Source: Rhynchopus sp. YZ270_cl-10 | Lineage: Eukaryota | Assembly (NCBI GenBank): GCA_964035575.1 | Contig: OZ037846.1 | Location: 310,001-374,000, forward strand | Reading direction: 5' to 3' | Length of the DNA stretch: 64,000 nucleotides | The notes under the pieces: model-generated | Told to the model about the DNA's origin: nothing | Database searches by the model: none | The model's input: the letters and a program-made list of their open reading frames with translations, nothing else | In this document: positions 22,042 through 34,214 of the stretch, piece by piece | Layout: every line of letters begins with the position of its first letter | How positions within the stretch are numbered: position 1 is the stretch's first letter | Position numbers and translations under genes: made by a program

Positions 22042-22761
22042 TCACCAAATCTTCGGCATTGCCGCCAGGTCCGAACACATTCTATCCGGCAGAAGCAACG
22101 GCACTGCTGTTGGGGAGAGGATGCGGGACCACGGTATGCACAGCTCTGTGTTCGACCCCTTCCGGAGGTGGCGCGCGGTCAGGTAGTGCAGGACGTTCAC
22201 CCAGACCTCGCGGGGGAGCACCGGCGAGGCAAACTTCGTGGAGATGAGGAGCACCACGAAGACCACCCGGCGCAGAAACGCGGGGCAGTCTGCGTGCTTG
22301 CGTTGCACCCAGCCGTGGGGGAGGTTGTCCTTCGACCACACATCAACAAACACCACATCTTCCGGCGACAACGACACCTGCACCTCCGGGAACGAACACC
22401 GCAAGCTATCATCCGAGATAACGTACATCACCACCCCCTCATCACCTATCAGCAGCTCCCCATCCTCAGCTGCCGTCGCCCCTTTTACATATGTGTCGCC
22501 CCGGAATTTCCCTCCCCCAGTGAAGCTGATGTGGTCGCCTATCTCATAGTGAGCGGAAGCGGGCTTGACACGGAGGCTGGCTAGAAGGCTTTTTCTTGTC
22601 GCTGCAGCGAAGGAAACAATCAATGTGAGACTGCCAAGAATGCACAATACAATCCCCACCTCCGTTAAGGTTCGCATGACCACCACGGAGACCCCAAAGA
22701 CCAGCATCATAATCCCGAAGCAGCCGCCCGCCATATTCCACATTGCTGCATTTTGTCGCAT
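22042..22761 (-). CDS. Hypothetical protein with two N-terminal TM segments and a C-terminal F-box-like motif
   Basis: 239-aa GC-rich ORF with ATG; hydrophobic N-terminus; LPREVWVNVLHYL resembles an F-box core. Confidence 0.55.
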   Translation of the reverse strand: MRQNAAMWNMAGGCFGIMMLVFGVSVVVMRTLTEVGIVLCILGSLTLIVSFAAATRKSLLASLRVKPASAHYEIGDHISFTGGGKFRGDTYVKGATAAEDGELLIGDEGVVMYVISDDSLRCSFPEVQVSLSPEDVVFVDVWSKDNLPHGWVQRKHADCPAFLRRVVFVVLLISTKFASPVLPREVWVNVLHYLTARHLRKGSNTELCIPWSRILSPTAVPLLLPDRMCSDLAAMPKIW

Positions 22762-23639
22762 CTTTTTTCAGATTTTGAGATAAAAAAAAAAATACCTCTC
22801 CCCCCCCGTGGGGGTGGGTGGTGGAGAAGTTATGCAAGAGGGGGTGTGCCGTTTGTTAAAATCTTTGCTTTTTGAAAACTTGGTTTTTGTATTAGTGTAG
22901 ACACCCGAGGATGAACTCCACTATATTGCTTTTGGTGAAGAGCCGGGTTGTGTAGGGGATTTGCTTATAAGCAGCTTTTTTGTGGTTTTTGCAAAACGGC
23001 CAGAAGGGTGTGTGTGTGTGTGATTTTTGGTACTGAAGGCTTCGTTAGTGGGAATGCATGTGGGATGGTGTGAGATGAGTAGGGTAGGTGGGGGTTGTGG
23101 GTGAGGTCTGGTGGGGGTAAGGTGTTTGTTGGGGAAAAGGTTTATAAGATGAACCTAAGCCTCTCTGCGCTGAGCCACCCCTAAAGCAATCGTTGCTTAC
23201 TAAAAAGTGTCGCTACCGATGATCTGTGTGGGGTAAGAACTCCCTGGACTCAACATTGCCTGCAAAAACGGTACTACGGAAGAGCGGAGACGAGGTTGGA
23301 CTGATTTTGTTGTAAAACGGGGAAGGTGGTTTGTTTGACAGTCTGGAAAAAAAAATGTATTTTTTTTTTTGTCTAGCAAAAAAAATAAAAACAAGAGAGA
23401 AAGGCAAGCAATATACAGCGTCATCATCACATCCTGGCAATGGTATTTGCACTGTAAAGCACAAAAGAAGAAAAAGAAAAACACACAACACATGCCAATG
23501 GATTGGCCACGTGGCATCATCCTTTCTCGGAACTAATCTGCACTACAAATAAAAGAGTTGAAATACAAAATCCCTCTCGTGAACAGTGTACCTTGGTGCA
23601 TGACCGGCTGTACCGGGGGGGGGGGGGGGGGGCCCAACC

Positions 23640-24671
23640 GGGGGGGTCCGTCCGGCCGTTTTTGCTGTCCAAAACCGCTTTTTTTGAAGAAAACCCCGAA
23701 AAAACACTCAAAACCACCCAAAACCCCCCCGAAACCACCCGAAAACCACCCAAAATTACGAAAAATGCACTTCTGAGCACCAATTTTTATTTTTTTCTGA
23801 CTTTTTGGGCTTTAGAGTGCGAAAATGTCAAAAAGGGGGGTATACGGGTAGTTTAAGCGTTGCAGACACATACACATCCCCAAAAATACACCCAAGGACC
23901 CCAAAAAGCTGCAAAAACCACACATTTCCACCTCGGGACCCCAGCGGAGGTGGGCTGAGGTGGTTTTTGGGTGTTTTGAATTTACATCAGTTTTTTTTGA
24001 TGAAAAAATCGTGTTTTCTAACCGTTTTTAGCCGGGAGTAAGTGTTGCAAAGTGTTGCATAGCCGGCTCATACCCGTTGCATGCCATTTCATGGCCCAAA
24101 AAAGCCTACCGAGTGTCCCAAATGCTATTTTTCACCCCACATGAGGTCTGGGAGTCATTTCCTGGGGTATTTTGACACTATGACGACTGTCATATTACTT
24201 TTTTTGGGGTTTTCAGGACGGGCTATGTTTGAAGGAGGGGCTATGTTTAAGCTTTCGAGGCACACACGCACACTGAAAAATGCATCTGGGACCCACACAG
24301 GACCCCCAAAAAGCTGTAAAACTATATATTACCACCTCGGGAACCCAGAGGAGGTGGACCGAGGTGTTTTTCGGGTCTTTAGATGGAGTTTTATATGATC
24401 GGAGAATTTTTTTGTCAAGTGTTGCATTTTGCCACAAAGTGTGACGCGAGCGTGACGGTATTTTGAGGGGTTTTTCACAAAAAAATCAATTTTTTTTTAG
24501 TCGGGAAAGTCTCTGTAGAGGTTGTCAGGTGGTTTATTGGGATATTTGGGTGATCCCCAGGGCGATTTGCGCCCAGGTACGACCTTTTTAGTGGATTTCT
24601 TCACCTAAATTTCAAAAAAATGGTTTTGGACAGCAAATCCTTAAGGAATTCCTTCTACGTGGACCCCCCTA
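23640..24671. mobile_element. Probable TIR element (train member 0), left end degenerate
   Basis: GGGGGGTCC ... GGACCCCCCTA ends; internal ~400-bp-period duplication. Confidence 0.4.
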
Positions 24672-24910
24672 GGCATAGTGTGCAGACGAACATTTTTGGT
24701 TCGTCGACGAACAAAATGTTCGTCGGTTTTGTTCGTCGATGTTCGTCGACGAACATCGACGAACATCGACGAACATCGACGAACAGGTCCCTGCCACAAG
24801 GGCAACCCACGACGAACAACGACGAACAACGACGAACATCGACGAACAAAAATTTTTTTTCCCCCCACGACGAACATCGACGAACATTTTGTTCGTCTGC
24901 ACACTATGCC
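24672..24910. mobile_element. MITE A (GGCATA family), TA-flanked
   Basis: Perfect 21-bp TIR GGCATAGTGTGCAGACGAACA; internal GACGAACATC repeats; TA on both sides. Confidence 0.9.
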
Positions 24911-24924
24911 TAGGGGGGGGGGGG

Positions 24925-26323
24925 TAGGGGGGGTCACATCCCATGTTAAAAGTGAGGACACCGACCAAAAAAAATTTTTTTTGAGAAAAAAAATGGACAT
25001 CACCCTGAAAAACCAGAAAATATGGTCCCCAGGTGACCTACAATTCAATTCCGCCTGGTTTTGGACACTTCTGAGCACTTGTGGGGGTCTAATTCGGATT
25101 TTTCAAAAAAAAAAAAAACGGCCTGGGACAGGGTTTGTACTTTGGCACCTTTCAAATCGGGGTACAATCAAAACCCATTAAAAACACCGTTGGGACGCAT
25201 TGAGAGGGCGGGAAAAGTGCCGGGGGCACTGTATACGCCAAGTCCGGTCTAAAAGCCTTGTGTAGGCGCAGTGGAATGGCAGTAAAGGCAAAGCGCCGTA
25301 TCCACTGTGGAATAGGCCTGCTGAAGGTGTCCTCAGAGGCGATTCTGCAAGTCCTGGGGAGATTGAGTTTAAGAAAACACATGAAAAGGGGAGGAAAGTG
25401 ATGTGTGTGGCATTGGGCCTCCCACGCGTCCTCCTCGCGGGTCATTGCGCACGGCTTGTCGTCAAGCAGTCTGGCCTTGCCATGTTGGAGCAGTGTGCCT
25501 AAGTTCCCAATACGGCGTTCCTTGCCCTTGTGAGCTTTGAGGACGTCTCGCTCTTGCCGCTATATTTTGTGGCGTGCCTGTCCGTGTTCACAAGGGATGT
25601 CTCTTTCCTCCCACAGTAATCTGGGTGTGGGGTCTGAAGAAGACAAAGAAGACGAGGCAGATGCGGGGTGGTGCTGTAGTCGAGTCTATGACTGGATATC
25701 CATATACGTGTCTAGTACACGGCTATTGTAGACTGAACTGCAAAACCAAGGGGGGAATTGGGCATTGCAATATCTGGAAAGTCATACGAGGTGTTTTTTT
25801 CCGCAAGGGAAGGTACCCTGAGGGACCGGGTGAGGCAGTGACGGCAGATCTGCTCGATAATTTACACCTGACTAATTTTCCTCCCTAAATTGATCACTCC
25901 CTGGCCTATTAATGGTGTGGGTACCTAAGCGCGTGTATACATTGGTCACTACGACCCACAAAATACAGATGCCAGGTGACCGTCTTGTCTTCTTTTGGCT
26001 GTATTCAAACGCACTTAGATGACATTAGTCAAGATGTATCCTTTACTTCCTAAAATATGAGTCATGGGCTGTTGCCATGGCCATATCTCGTTTATGTGCT
26101 AAAAAATAGGAATAAGCAAGGTACAGACCCTGTCCCAAGACCCCTTTTTTTTTCGGAATTTTGATTTTCTGGTCACTTCCGGTCACTATTTTTGGTATTT
26201 TTGGGCCTCCAGGACGTTTTCTAGGGGATCTTGGGTAGTGACTTGTGGGGTCGGACACCGCGCTGCGCGTAGAATTCAAAAACCCTGAAAAAGTGCATTG
26301 TCCTCCCCTTGTGACCCCCCCTA
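24925..26323. mobile_element. TIR element B (TAGG...CCTA ends)
   Basis: 13-bp TIR TAGGGGGGGTCAC/GTGACCCCCCCTA; inverted subterminal similarity between ~25120 and ~26130. Confidence 0.7.
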
Positions 26324-28318
26324 GGCATACATGGTAAGCGAACAAAAAATTCGCTTTATTCGCTTTTCCAAAAAAGCGAATAAAAAATTCGCTTTATTCG
26401 CTTTTGGTTCGCTTTTTTATTCGCTTTATTCGCTTTATTCGCTTTTGGTTCGCTTTTTTATTCGCTTTATTCGCCTTTTATTCGCCTTTGGGTGATCTAT
26501 GATCGTCTCCGTGGGACACGTAACAGGCTGTGAGAGCTTACTGAGAGCTAGTGGGAGCTGAGTACTGTGTATACTGTGTATACTGTGTATACACAGTATA
26601 CACAGTATACACAGTATACATAGTATACACAGTATACACAGTATACACAGTATACACAGTATACACAGTATACACAGTATACACAGTATACACAGTATAC
26701 ACAGTATACACAGTATACACAGTATACACAGTATACACAGTATACACAGTATACACAGTATACACAGTATACACAGTATACACAGTATACACAGTATACA
26801 CAGTATACACAGTACACACAGTATACACAGTATACACAGTATACAGTACAGTACAGTACAGTACAGTACAGTACAGTACAGTACAGTACAGTACAGTACA
26901 GTACAGTACAGTACAGTACAGTACAGTACAGTACAGTACAGTACAGTACAGTACAGTACAGTACAGTACAGTACAGTACAGTACAGTACAGTACAGTACA
27001 GTAACAGTACAGTACAGTACAGTACAGTACAGTACAGTACAGTACAGTACAGTACAGTACAGTACAGTACAGTACAGTACAGTACAGTACAGTACAGTAC
27101 AGTACAGTACAGTACAGTACAGTACAGTACAGTACAGTACAGTACAGTACAGTACAGTACAGTACAGTACAGTACAGTACAGTACAGTACAGTACAGTAC
27201 AGTACAGTACAGTACAGTACAGTACAGTACAGTACAGTACAGTACAGTACAGTACAGTACAGTACAGTACAGTACAGTACAGTACAGTACAGTACAGTAC
27301 AGTACAGTACAGTACAGTACAGTACAGTACAGTACAGTACAGTACAGTACAGTACAGTACAGTACAGTACAGTACAGTAACAGTACAGTACAGTACAGTA
27401 CAGTACAGTACAGTACAGTACAGTACAGTACAGTACAGTACAGTACAGTACAGTACAGTACAGTACAGTACAGTACAGTACAGTACAGTACAGTACAGTA
27501 CAGTACAGTACAGTACAGTACAGTACAGTACAGTACAGTACAGTACAGTACAGTACAGTACAGTACAGTACAGTACAGTACAGTACAGTACAGTACAGTA
27601 CAGTACAGTACAGTACAGTACAGTACAGTACAGTACAGTACAGTACAGTACAGTACAGTACAGTACAGTACAGTACAGTACAGTACAGTACAGTACAGTA
27701 CAGTACAGTACAGTACAGTACAGTACAGTACAGTACAGTACAGTACAGTACAGTACAGTACAGTACAGTACAGTACAGTACAGTACAGTACAGTACAGTA
27801 CAGTACAGTACAGTACAGTACAGTACAGTACAGTACAGTACAGTACAGTACAGTACAGTACAGTACAGTACAGTACAGTACAGTACAGTACAGTACAGTA
27901 CAGTACAGTACAGTACAGTACAGTACAGTACAGTACAGTACAGTACAGTACAGTACAGTACAGTACAGTACAGTACAGTACAGTACAGTACAGTACAGTA
28001 CAGTACAGTACAGTACAGTACAGTACAGTACAGTACAGTACAGTACAGTACAGTACAGTACAGTACAGTACAGTACAGTACAGTACAGTACAGTACAGTA
28101 CAGTACAGTACAGTACAGTACAGTACAGTAGCCTTATTTTGGCGTCGTTGCGGGTATTGGGGGATCTCAGGGGACTAGACTCGACACACTAGACTTGACA
28201 AAAAATACGTTGCTTTTTATTCGCTTTTTATTCGCTTTTTCGTTCGCTTTTGGTTCGCTTTATTCGCTTTATTCGCCGGCGAATAAGGCGAATTTTTTAT
28301 TCGCTTACCATGTATGCC
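26324..28318. mobile_element. Element C (GGCATA family), TA-flanked, carrying satellite
   Basis: About 40-bp TIR GGCATACATGGTAAGCGAA... (2 mismatches); TTCGCTTTA subterminal repeats; TA on both sides. Confidence 0.9.
26563..28130. repeat. Compound satellite: (CAGTATACA)n then (CAGTA)n
   Basis: Directly visible; 9-mer ~26563-26843 with an orientation switch near 26590; 5-mer ~26844-28130. Confidence 0.98.
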
Positions 28319-29513
28319 TAGGGGGGGGGGGGGGGGTAGGGGATACGACTCCAGCCATTTTGGCTGGGACCAAACGCACGGAAAATTCATTTGGCATTAT
28401 CTGGCCATCTCCAAGGCAACTGCGGGTGAAAAACACCCTCAGAGTGGGTCACAGGGGGCCTGTGGGTCGAAAAACGACCCAGAAGCCACCCCAGAATACA
28501 AAAAAATGGAAAAAAATAGTGAAAAAACGGCTTTTTTCACGTTTTGGCCACTTTGGGCAAAATAGCGATTTTTCGAGAAAAAAATCAAAAACCGGGATAT
28601 TTTTTGACATCACAAAGCCTCCTTTGGCACAAATATACCCCAAAAGTGGCCTGTGAGTCCATTCCAACCTGTTTTGGACATATTTGACACTTTTGGAAGT
28701 GTTTTTTTGGTGTTTTTAGGTCAAAAAAATGCCCAAGACGTCCCCAAGACATCCCCAAGACACTTTGCACACCCCCTGTTACGGTCATATTTTTTTCGTT
28801 TTTTTGCCTGAAACCCCCAAAATACCCCTCCCGGACCCCACATAGTCCCGAATATCCATCACACACCCACTCAGAGTGAGTAGAAGCACCCCAAAAAAAA
28901 TATTTTTTAAAGCCCTTCAACTTCAACATGGATGCTGCCGAAACTGAAGCACAATTTTAGGGCTTTAAAAAATATTTTTTTTGGGGTGCTTCTACTCACT
29001 CTGAGTGGGTGTGTGATGGATATTCGGGACTATGTGGGGTCCGGGAGGGGTATTTTGGGGGTTTCAGGCAAAAAAACGAAAAAAATATGACCGTAACAGG
29101 GGGTGTGCAAAGTGTCTTGGGGATGTCTTGGGGACGTCTTGGGCATTTTTTTGACCTAAAAACACCAAAAAAACACTTCCAAAAGTGTCAAATATGTCCA
29201 AAACAGGTTGGAATGGACTCACAGGCCACTTTTGGGGTATATTTGTGCCAAAGGAGGCTTTGTGATGTCAAAAAATATCCCGGTTTTTGATTTTTTTCTC
29301 GAAAAATCGCTATTTTGCCCAAAGTGGCCAAAACGTGAAAAAAGCCGTTTTTTCACTATTTTTTTCCATTTTTTTGTATTCTGGGGTGGCTTCTGGGTCG
29401 TTTTTCGACCCACAGGCCCCCTGTGACCCACTCTGAGGGTGTTTTTCACCCGCAGTTGCCTTGGAGATGACCAGATAATGCCAAATGAATTTTCCGTGCG
29501 CAAAAAATGGCTG

Positions 29514-32500
29514 CACGGCGGGGTCCGCACACCCCGAGGGTCCGTAAAACGGCATGTTAGGACACTCCCTCTTTACGGAGTGTCATTACGTACCCTAGGG
29601 TACGTAATTACGTACCCTAGGGTCCGTAATTACGTACCCTAGGGTCCGTAATTACGTACCCTAGGGTCCGTAATTACGTACCCTAGGGTCCGTAATTACG
29701 GACCCTAGGGTACGTAATTACGGAGCCTCCCAGGGAAAGGGACTCTCGAAAAATTTTTTTTGCCCCCGTTTAGGGCTAATTTCGACGATTTGAGGCCATT
29801 AAAAGCAAAATTTGGCACTTTTGAGCATCTGTGGGGGTCTAAAACGCAGTTTAGAGTACCACAATTTTTAGTGGGTTTTACCGAAAACAAGTCAATTTTT
29901 GGGCCGAAAAAAAAATTTTTTGACATCACAAAATTGCCCTTGGTGGGCCTATGTGTCCTCAATGCTGGGCGAAAAATGCAAATATAGCTATTTTTAACTT
30001 TCACACACAATTTTAACGGGTTTTACCTGTGTACCTGTGTACCTGTGTATCTGTGTACCTGTGTACAGGATATTTGTTGTGAAAGACATCTTCCACCATG
30101 CATTGAGGAGGGTAAGACAGTGGTCGCAGTTTGTACTTGATAGCATAACATTTAACTTCTCCACGGGGGTCTTGGGCCGTTCACTCGGTTATACCTTGAC
30201 CAGCGGAAGATATTCTTGAGGCCTTTTTGGTCTCTAGAATATCCGGTATTCCCGAACGGAGGCGCACTTTGTGTGTTACTACGACCTGGCAATTTCCAGC
30301 AGTAGGTTAAGTAATCTTTCTTGTAAATTGTTGGATCATTATCTCCTCAGTGCATGAATGCCCCACGTGACTGGACACTTTTGTGTTTGTCATGTGGAGC
30401 TGTGGTTGCTTTTTCACGACTTTTTTCCTTGTACACCAGTGTACCGTGTACCGGGGTACCTGGGCCGAAAATACACCAGTACCCAGGTGCCTGGGTGCCC
30501 AGACACACCACTGTACCCAGAATCCAGTCTCCCACCCAGAAAACCTACTCATACACCAGAAAAGTGAAAATAGCTACTCGATCAGAAAAGTCGGCTACTC
30601 GACCAGAAAAGTAGCTGGGAAAAGTTCAGAAAAAGCCAGAAAATTTCAACAAAACGCATTTTTAGGTTCTCGAAGACACTGGGTACTGGGTACTGGGTAC
30701 TGGGTACTGGGTACTGGGTACTGGGTACTGGGTACTGGGTACTGGGTACTGGGTACTGGGTACTGGGTACTGGGTACTGGGTACTGGGTACTGGGCACCC
30801 AGAGAAAGCACCTTAAAAGCAGCGAAGGCGCAGGTTACGGGGAAGACAAGGTATGTAATTATGTTTAACTTTCAGTTACTAGTGAAGATTGAACAAAAAA
30901 ATGCCGCATATTTCAACTTGTTCGTGTTTTCAACTCGAAATAAACGCGTAATGTTCACACTATTAAATAGCTATTTTTTTACGCACCAATCATTTTGTGT
31001 CACCTCATGACATGAAGGAGGAAATAGAAACAAAGCATCTTGAACACACTTGCGGTTCTGGGGACGAACCGCGCTGCAGAGCCACTCCTCAGGTCGAGGT
31101 GTGTGCGTTTCACCACAACCTCTCCCATGGGTTTTATCGTGTGATGAGTGTTACGTTTCTATTTGGTTCCACAGGCGCTCGTTACCTGCTTCACATAATT
31201 CACCTCGCTTCACTCGAACCATTTGTGCAGCAGGTCACTCTCTCGACCTGTAGCGTGGAAAAAATCTATCTTATTTCACGGCAATAAATAGCCTTTTTTA
31301 TTAACCTCACCTTTCCCGACTACTACGTTTGTATACCATAACTTAATCACACCCCACATTTACACTCATACAGGATCGTGAAGTCTGAACTGCACCCGCG
31401 ATTGCGATGAGAAGCTTCACCGCGGTCCGACATTCAACAACTCAAAATCTACCCGCATCAATCTATTCTGAGTTTGCGGACGAAGATCTGGGTGGAGGGG
31501 GGTGGGTACACTTAGTCAGTCACTGCTATAGCCATAAACCAAGGGAGCATAGCTAGTGCAAGAAATTCGACTTTGGAAACCTTCCGGAAAGTCTGTCCTC
31601 TGCTTGCGGAGGACTAGACACAAGAAAATATTGCGTTCCCCCAGAAAACCAGTGCACATTTCACACTCCTTGTGGGTGGTCTTGTTGCCTTTTTGGTCAA
31701 CAGTAATTTTGGCCCAGGCATGCTCTTGAAGCATGACAATTTAGTGTGTATGGGGCAGGGTGTTGTTTTGTTCTGAATTCTCTTTGTTATAACATCTAAG
31801 TCAATCGCGGGTGGTGGTTTGTGTAGCGTGAGGCACTCTTTTTAACAAACTTCCTGCGGCTGCTAAAGTGTTATTTCTTCGGATTTAACAACGTACAGCG
31901 TAACATAGTGGATTAGCCTGGTCGACACAACCTTTGATAGCTATGGGATAACCAACCCCCTTCGACCCCTTGTGGGTTCACTGAACAAGCCCTAGTGGTA
32001 GTTAAACGCGATTGACATTTACATTCCTAAAATGAAAGAACAGACAACACTTCTGTACCCGCGCATCAAAATTGTGGAAAACTTTGCACCCCAAACACCC
32101 TCAACAACGCCCGCCAAAAGGCGCCCCTTGTTGCTGGGACTTGGTTCTCATTGATACACTGCACAGCAGGCATTCCTCTGAGTCCAACGCAGTTTGGCCT
32201 GTCTGCAGCGTTGCACCGAAGGTGCACGAAGACAGGGTCTGGTGGTAAATTTTGCGTCTCGCATTCCCTCAGGGAAGTTTAAAAACTCTTGAGCTCGGTT
32301 TGTTGTCAAAGAAATATTCCACCATGTATTGAGGAGGGTAAGACAGTGTTCGCAGTTTCTACTTGATAGCATTACAACATTTAACTTCTCCACGGGGGTC
32401 TTGGGCCGTTCACTCGGTTATACCTTGACTACCGGAAGATATTCTTGAGGCCTTTTTGGTCTCTAGAATATCCGGTCTTCCCGAACGGAGGCACACTTTG

Positions 32501-32911
32501 TGTGTTACTACGACCTGGCAATTTCCAGCAGTAGGTTAAGTAATCTTTCTTGTAAATTGTTGGATCATTATCTCCTCAGTGCATGGTGGAAGACGTCTTT
32601 GACAACTAACCGAGCTCACGACTTTTTTCGGTATGTAACTTGGGATAGGCCCACATGATCATGGTCTATCATGTGGTACCTGTGTACCACTCGGTTTGCT
32701 CCCAGGGCTTTTCGACCAGCAGTCACACATCCAAACAGTGATTTCCCACCTTAGACCACGTAATTACGTACCCTAGGGTCCGTAATTACGGACCCTAGGG
32801 TACGTAATTACGGACCCTAGGGTCCGTAATTACGGACCCGGGTCCGCACTTGAGGGTCCGTAAAGAGGGTCCGTAAAATTTACGGACCCTCGGTGTGTGG
32901 ACCCCGCCGTG
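29514..32911. mobile_element. Non-autonomous CMC/CACTA-like element E
   Basis: About 33-bp imperfect TIR starting CACGGCGGGGTCC; 2-bp TSD TG restoring the arm sequence ATGGCTGGAGTC; subterminal 22-mer arrays at both ends. Confidence 0.85.
30679..30795. repeat. (GGGTACT)n satellite
   Basis: Directly visible. Confidence 0.97.
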
Positions 32912-34074
32912 TGGAGTCGTACCCCCTAGGGGGGGGGGGGGGGGGGGGGTGGACACCCCAACCATGCGGTCCTGCAATCCATTTCGTGGTTTACATCTGA
33001 TATGTGCTCCTCCCGCTTCCACTCATCAGTCAGCTGAATGAAAGGAACGTTGCGAACACAATAAAAAAAAATTGACTTGAAATACAAAAGCCCCAGGGTG
33101 TCTTTGGTGCGCACCGTGGGTGGACACCCCACATACAGGCCCCTTACCTACCTACGTCCATTTCGTGGTTTACATCTGATAAAAAGTGAAGTTATTAATG
33201 CAGGCACCTCCGACTGACCCACGTACGATGCCAGCCATCCGGACGAAAGCACAAGTACCCTGCGGCCAACAACAGAATCATCTGATAAAAAAAAAAACAA
33301 TAGGGACCCCCCCCCAGAAAAATTATAGTACAGCTGTCCCTTCCATCTGAGACGTTCATCTACACCACGAAAGTGATAATGATCGTGTAGTAACACCTCG
33401 CCTTGTTCTCCGTATAGGCTCCACGCAAATTGTTTCGAACACCCCGCACCCCGATTGTTCCATTCTTTTTCTGTCGGAAGACATCTAAAACAGACCCCCT
33501 TTTGTCATTATTTTTTCCCCCTTTTTGAAATTGGGTTAAGTGTAGACAGGATGCCCTCCACAACCCCCCCTCATGACAGGGACACTGCCCTTTCAACACC
33601 TTCACTCTTCAAAACACCCCTTTTTTCCTCCCTTTCAATATCCTTCCTAACCCCCCCGACACGACGTACTCGCCATATCCATGACAGGTGATGTTACTCA
33701 TAATATCATTGGTTTTGTAGTCAGCCTTAAGTCAGACTGTTGACGCGGAAACCTTCTCCACTGCGGCCTTCAATGTTCTCCATTGAATATTCGCTACTAC
33801 AACCAATCTGCATCGGATCGGACTCCTCTCGCACTCGAGTGCGAGAAGAGTCCGATCCTCGTCTGGCCCAAAAATCAGTCTCAGACCTACTACAAACCAT
33901 GTAATATGAAAGGCGAAAATCTCTGTCAGGCGCCCATCCGTCATAGGACAGGTACCCACCCACCCTATGCATTGCTACTAACATTTATTAGCAACACCAC
34001 CTTTTTGTCATATCACCTTAACCACTCCATGACTAATACGTCGTGAAGTCTTCTTCCCCCCCCTCCCCTACCTA

Positions 34075-34177
34075 GGCATACCTAGAAGGCGAATATCATA
34101 TTCGCCCTACATTCGGATCCGAATACGATATTAGGATCCGAATATAGGCCGAATACGTATTCGCCTTGTAGGTATGC
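34075..34177. mobile_element. Tiny GGCATA-family MITE, right end damaged
   Basis: TA-GGCATACCTAGAAGGCGAATA ... TATTCGCCTTGTAGGTATGC; GAATA repeats inside. Confidence 0.65.
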
Positions 34178-34214
34178 GGCCCCTCCCCCCGCTCTCTTCC
34201 CCTCCCCCTCCCCC

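Larger units (their letters stand above)
28337..32928. mobile_element. Foldback element D with 542-bp inverted arms, interrupted by element E
   Basis: Arms 28375-28916 and 28959-29500 with a 42-nt loop; termini TAGGGGATACGACTCCA / TGGAGTCGTACCCCCTA, flanked by G-runs. Confidence 0.88.

Noticed and set aside
26551..28131. Long ORFs of TVY/STVQY repeats (also PVPSTQY, WVLGTGY and YYGTMVLW elsewhere)
   Set aside because: Artefacts of stop-free satellite units
29586..29725. CRISPR-like palindromic repeat array
   Set aside because: No unique spacers and no cas genes; these are subterminal tandem repeats of element E
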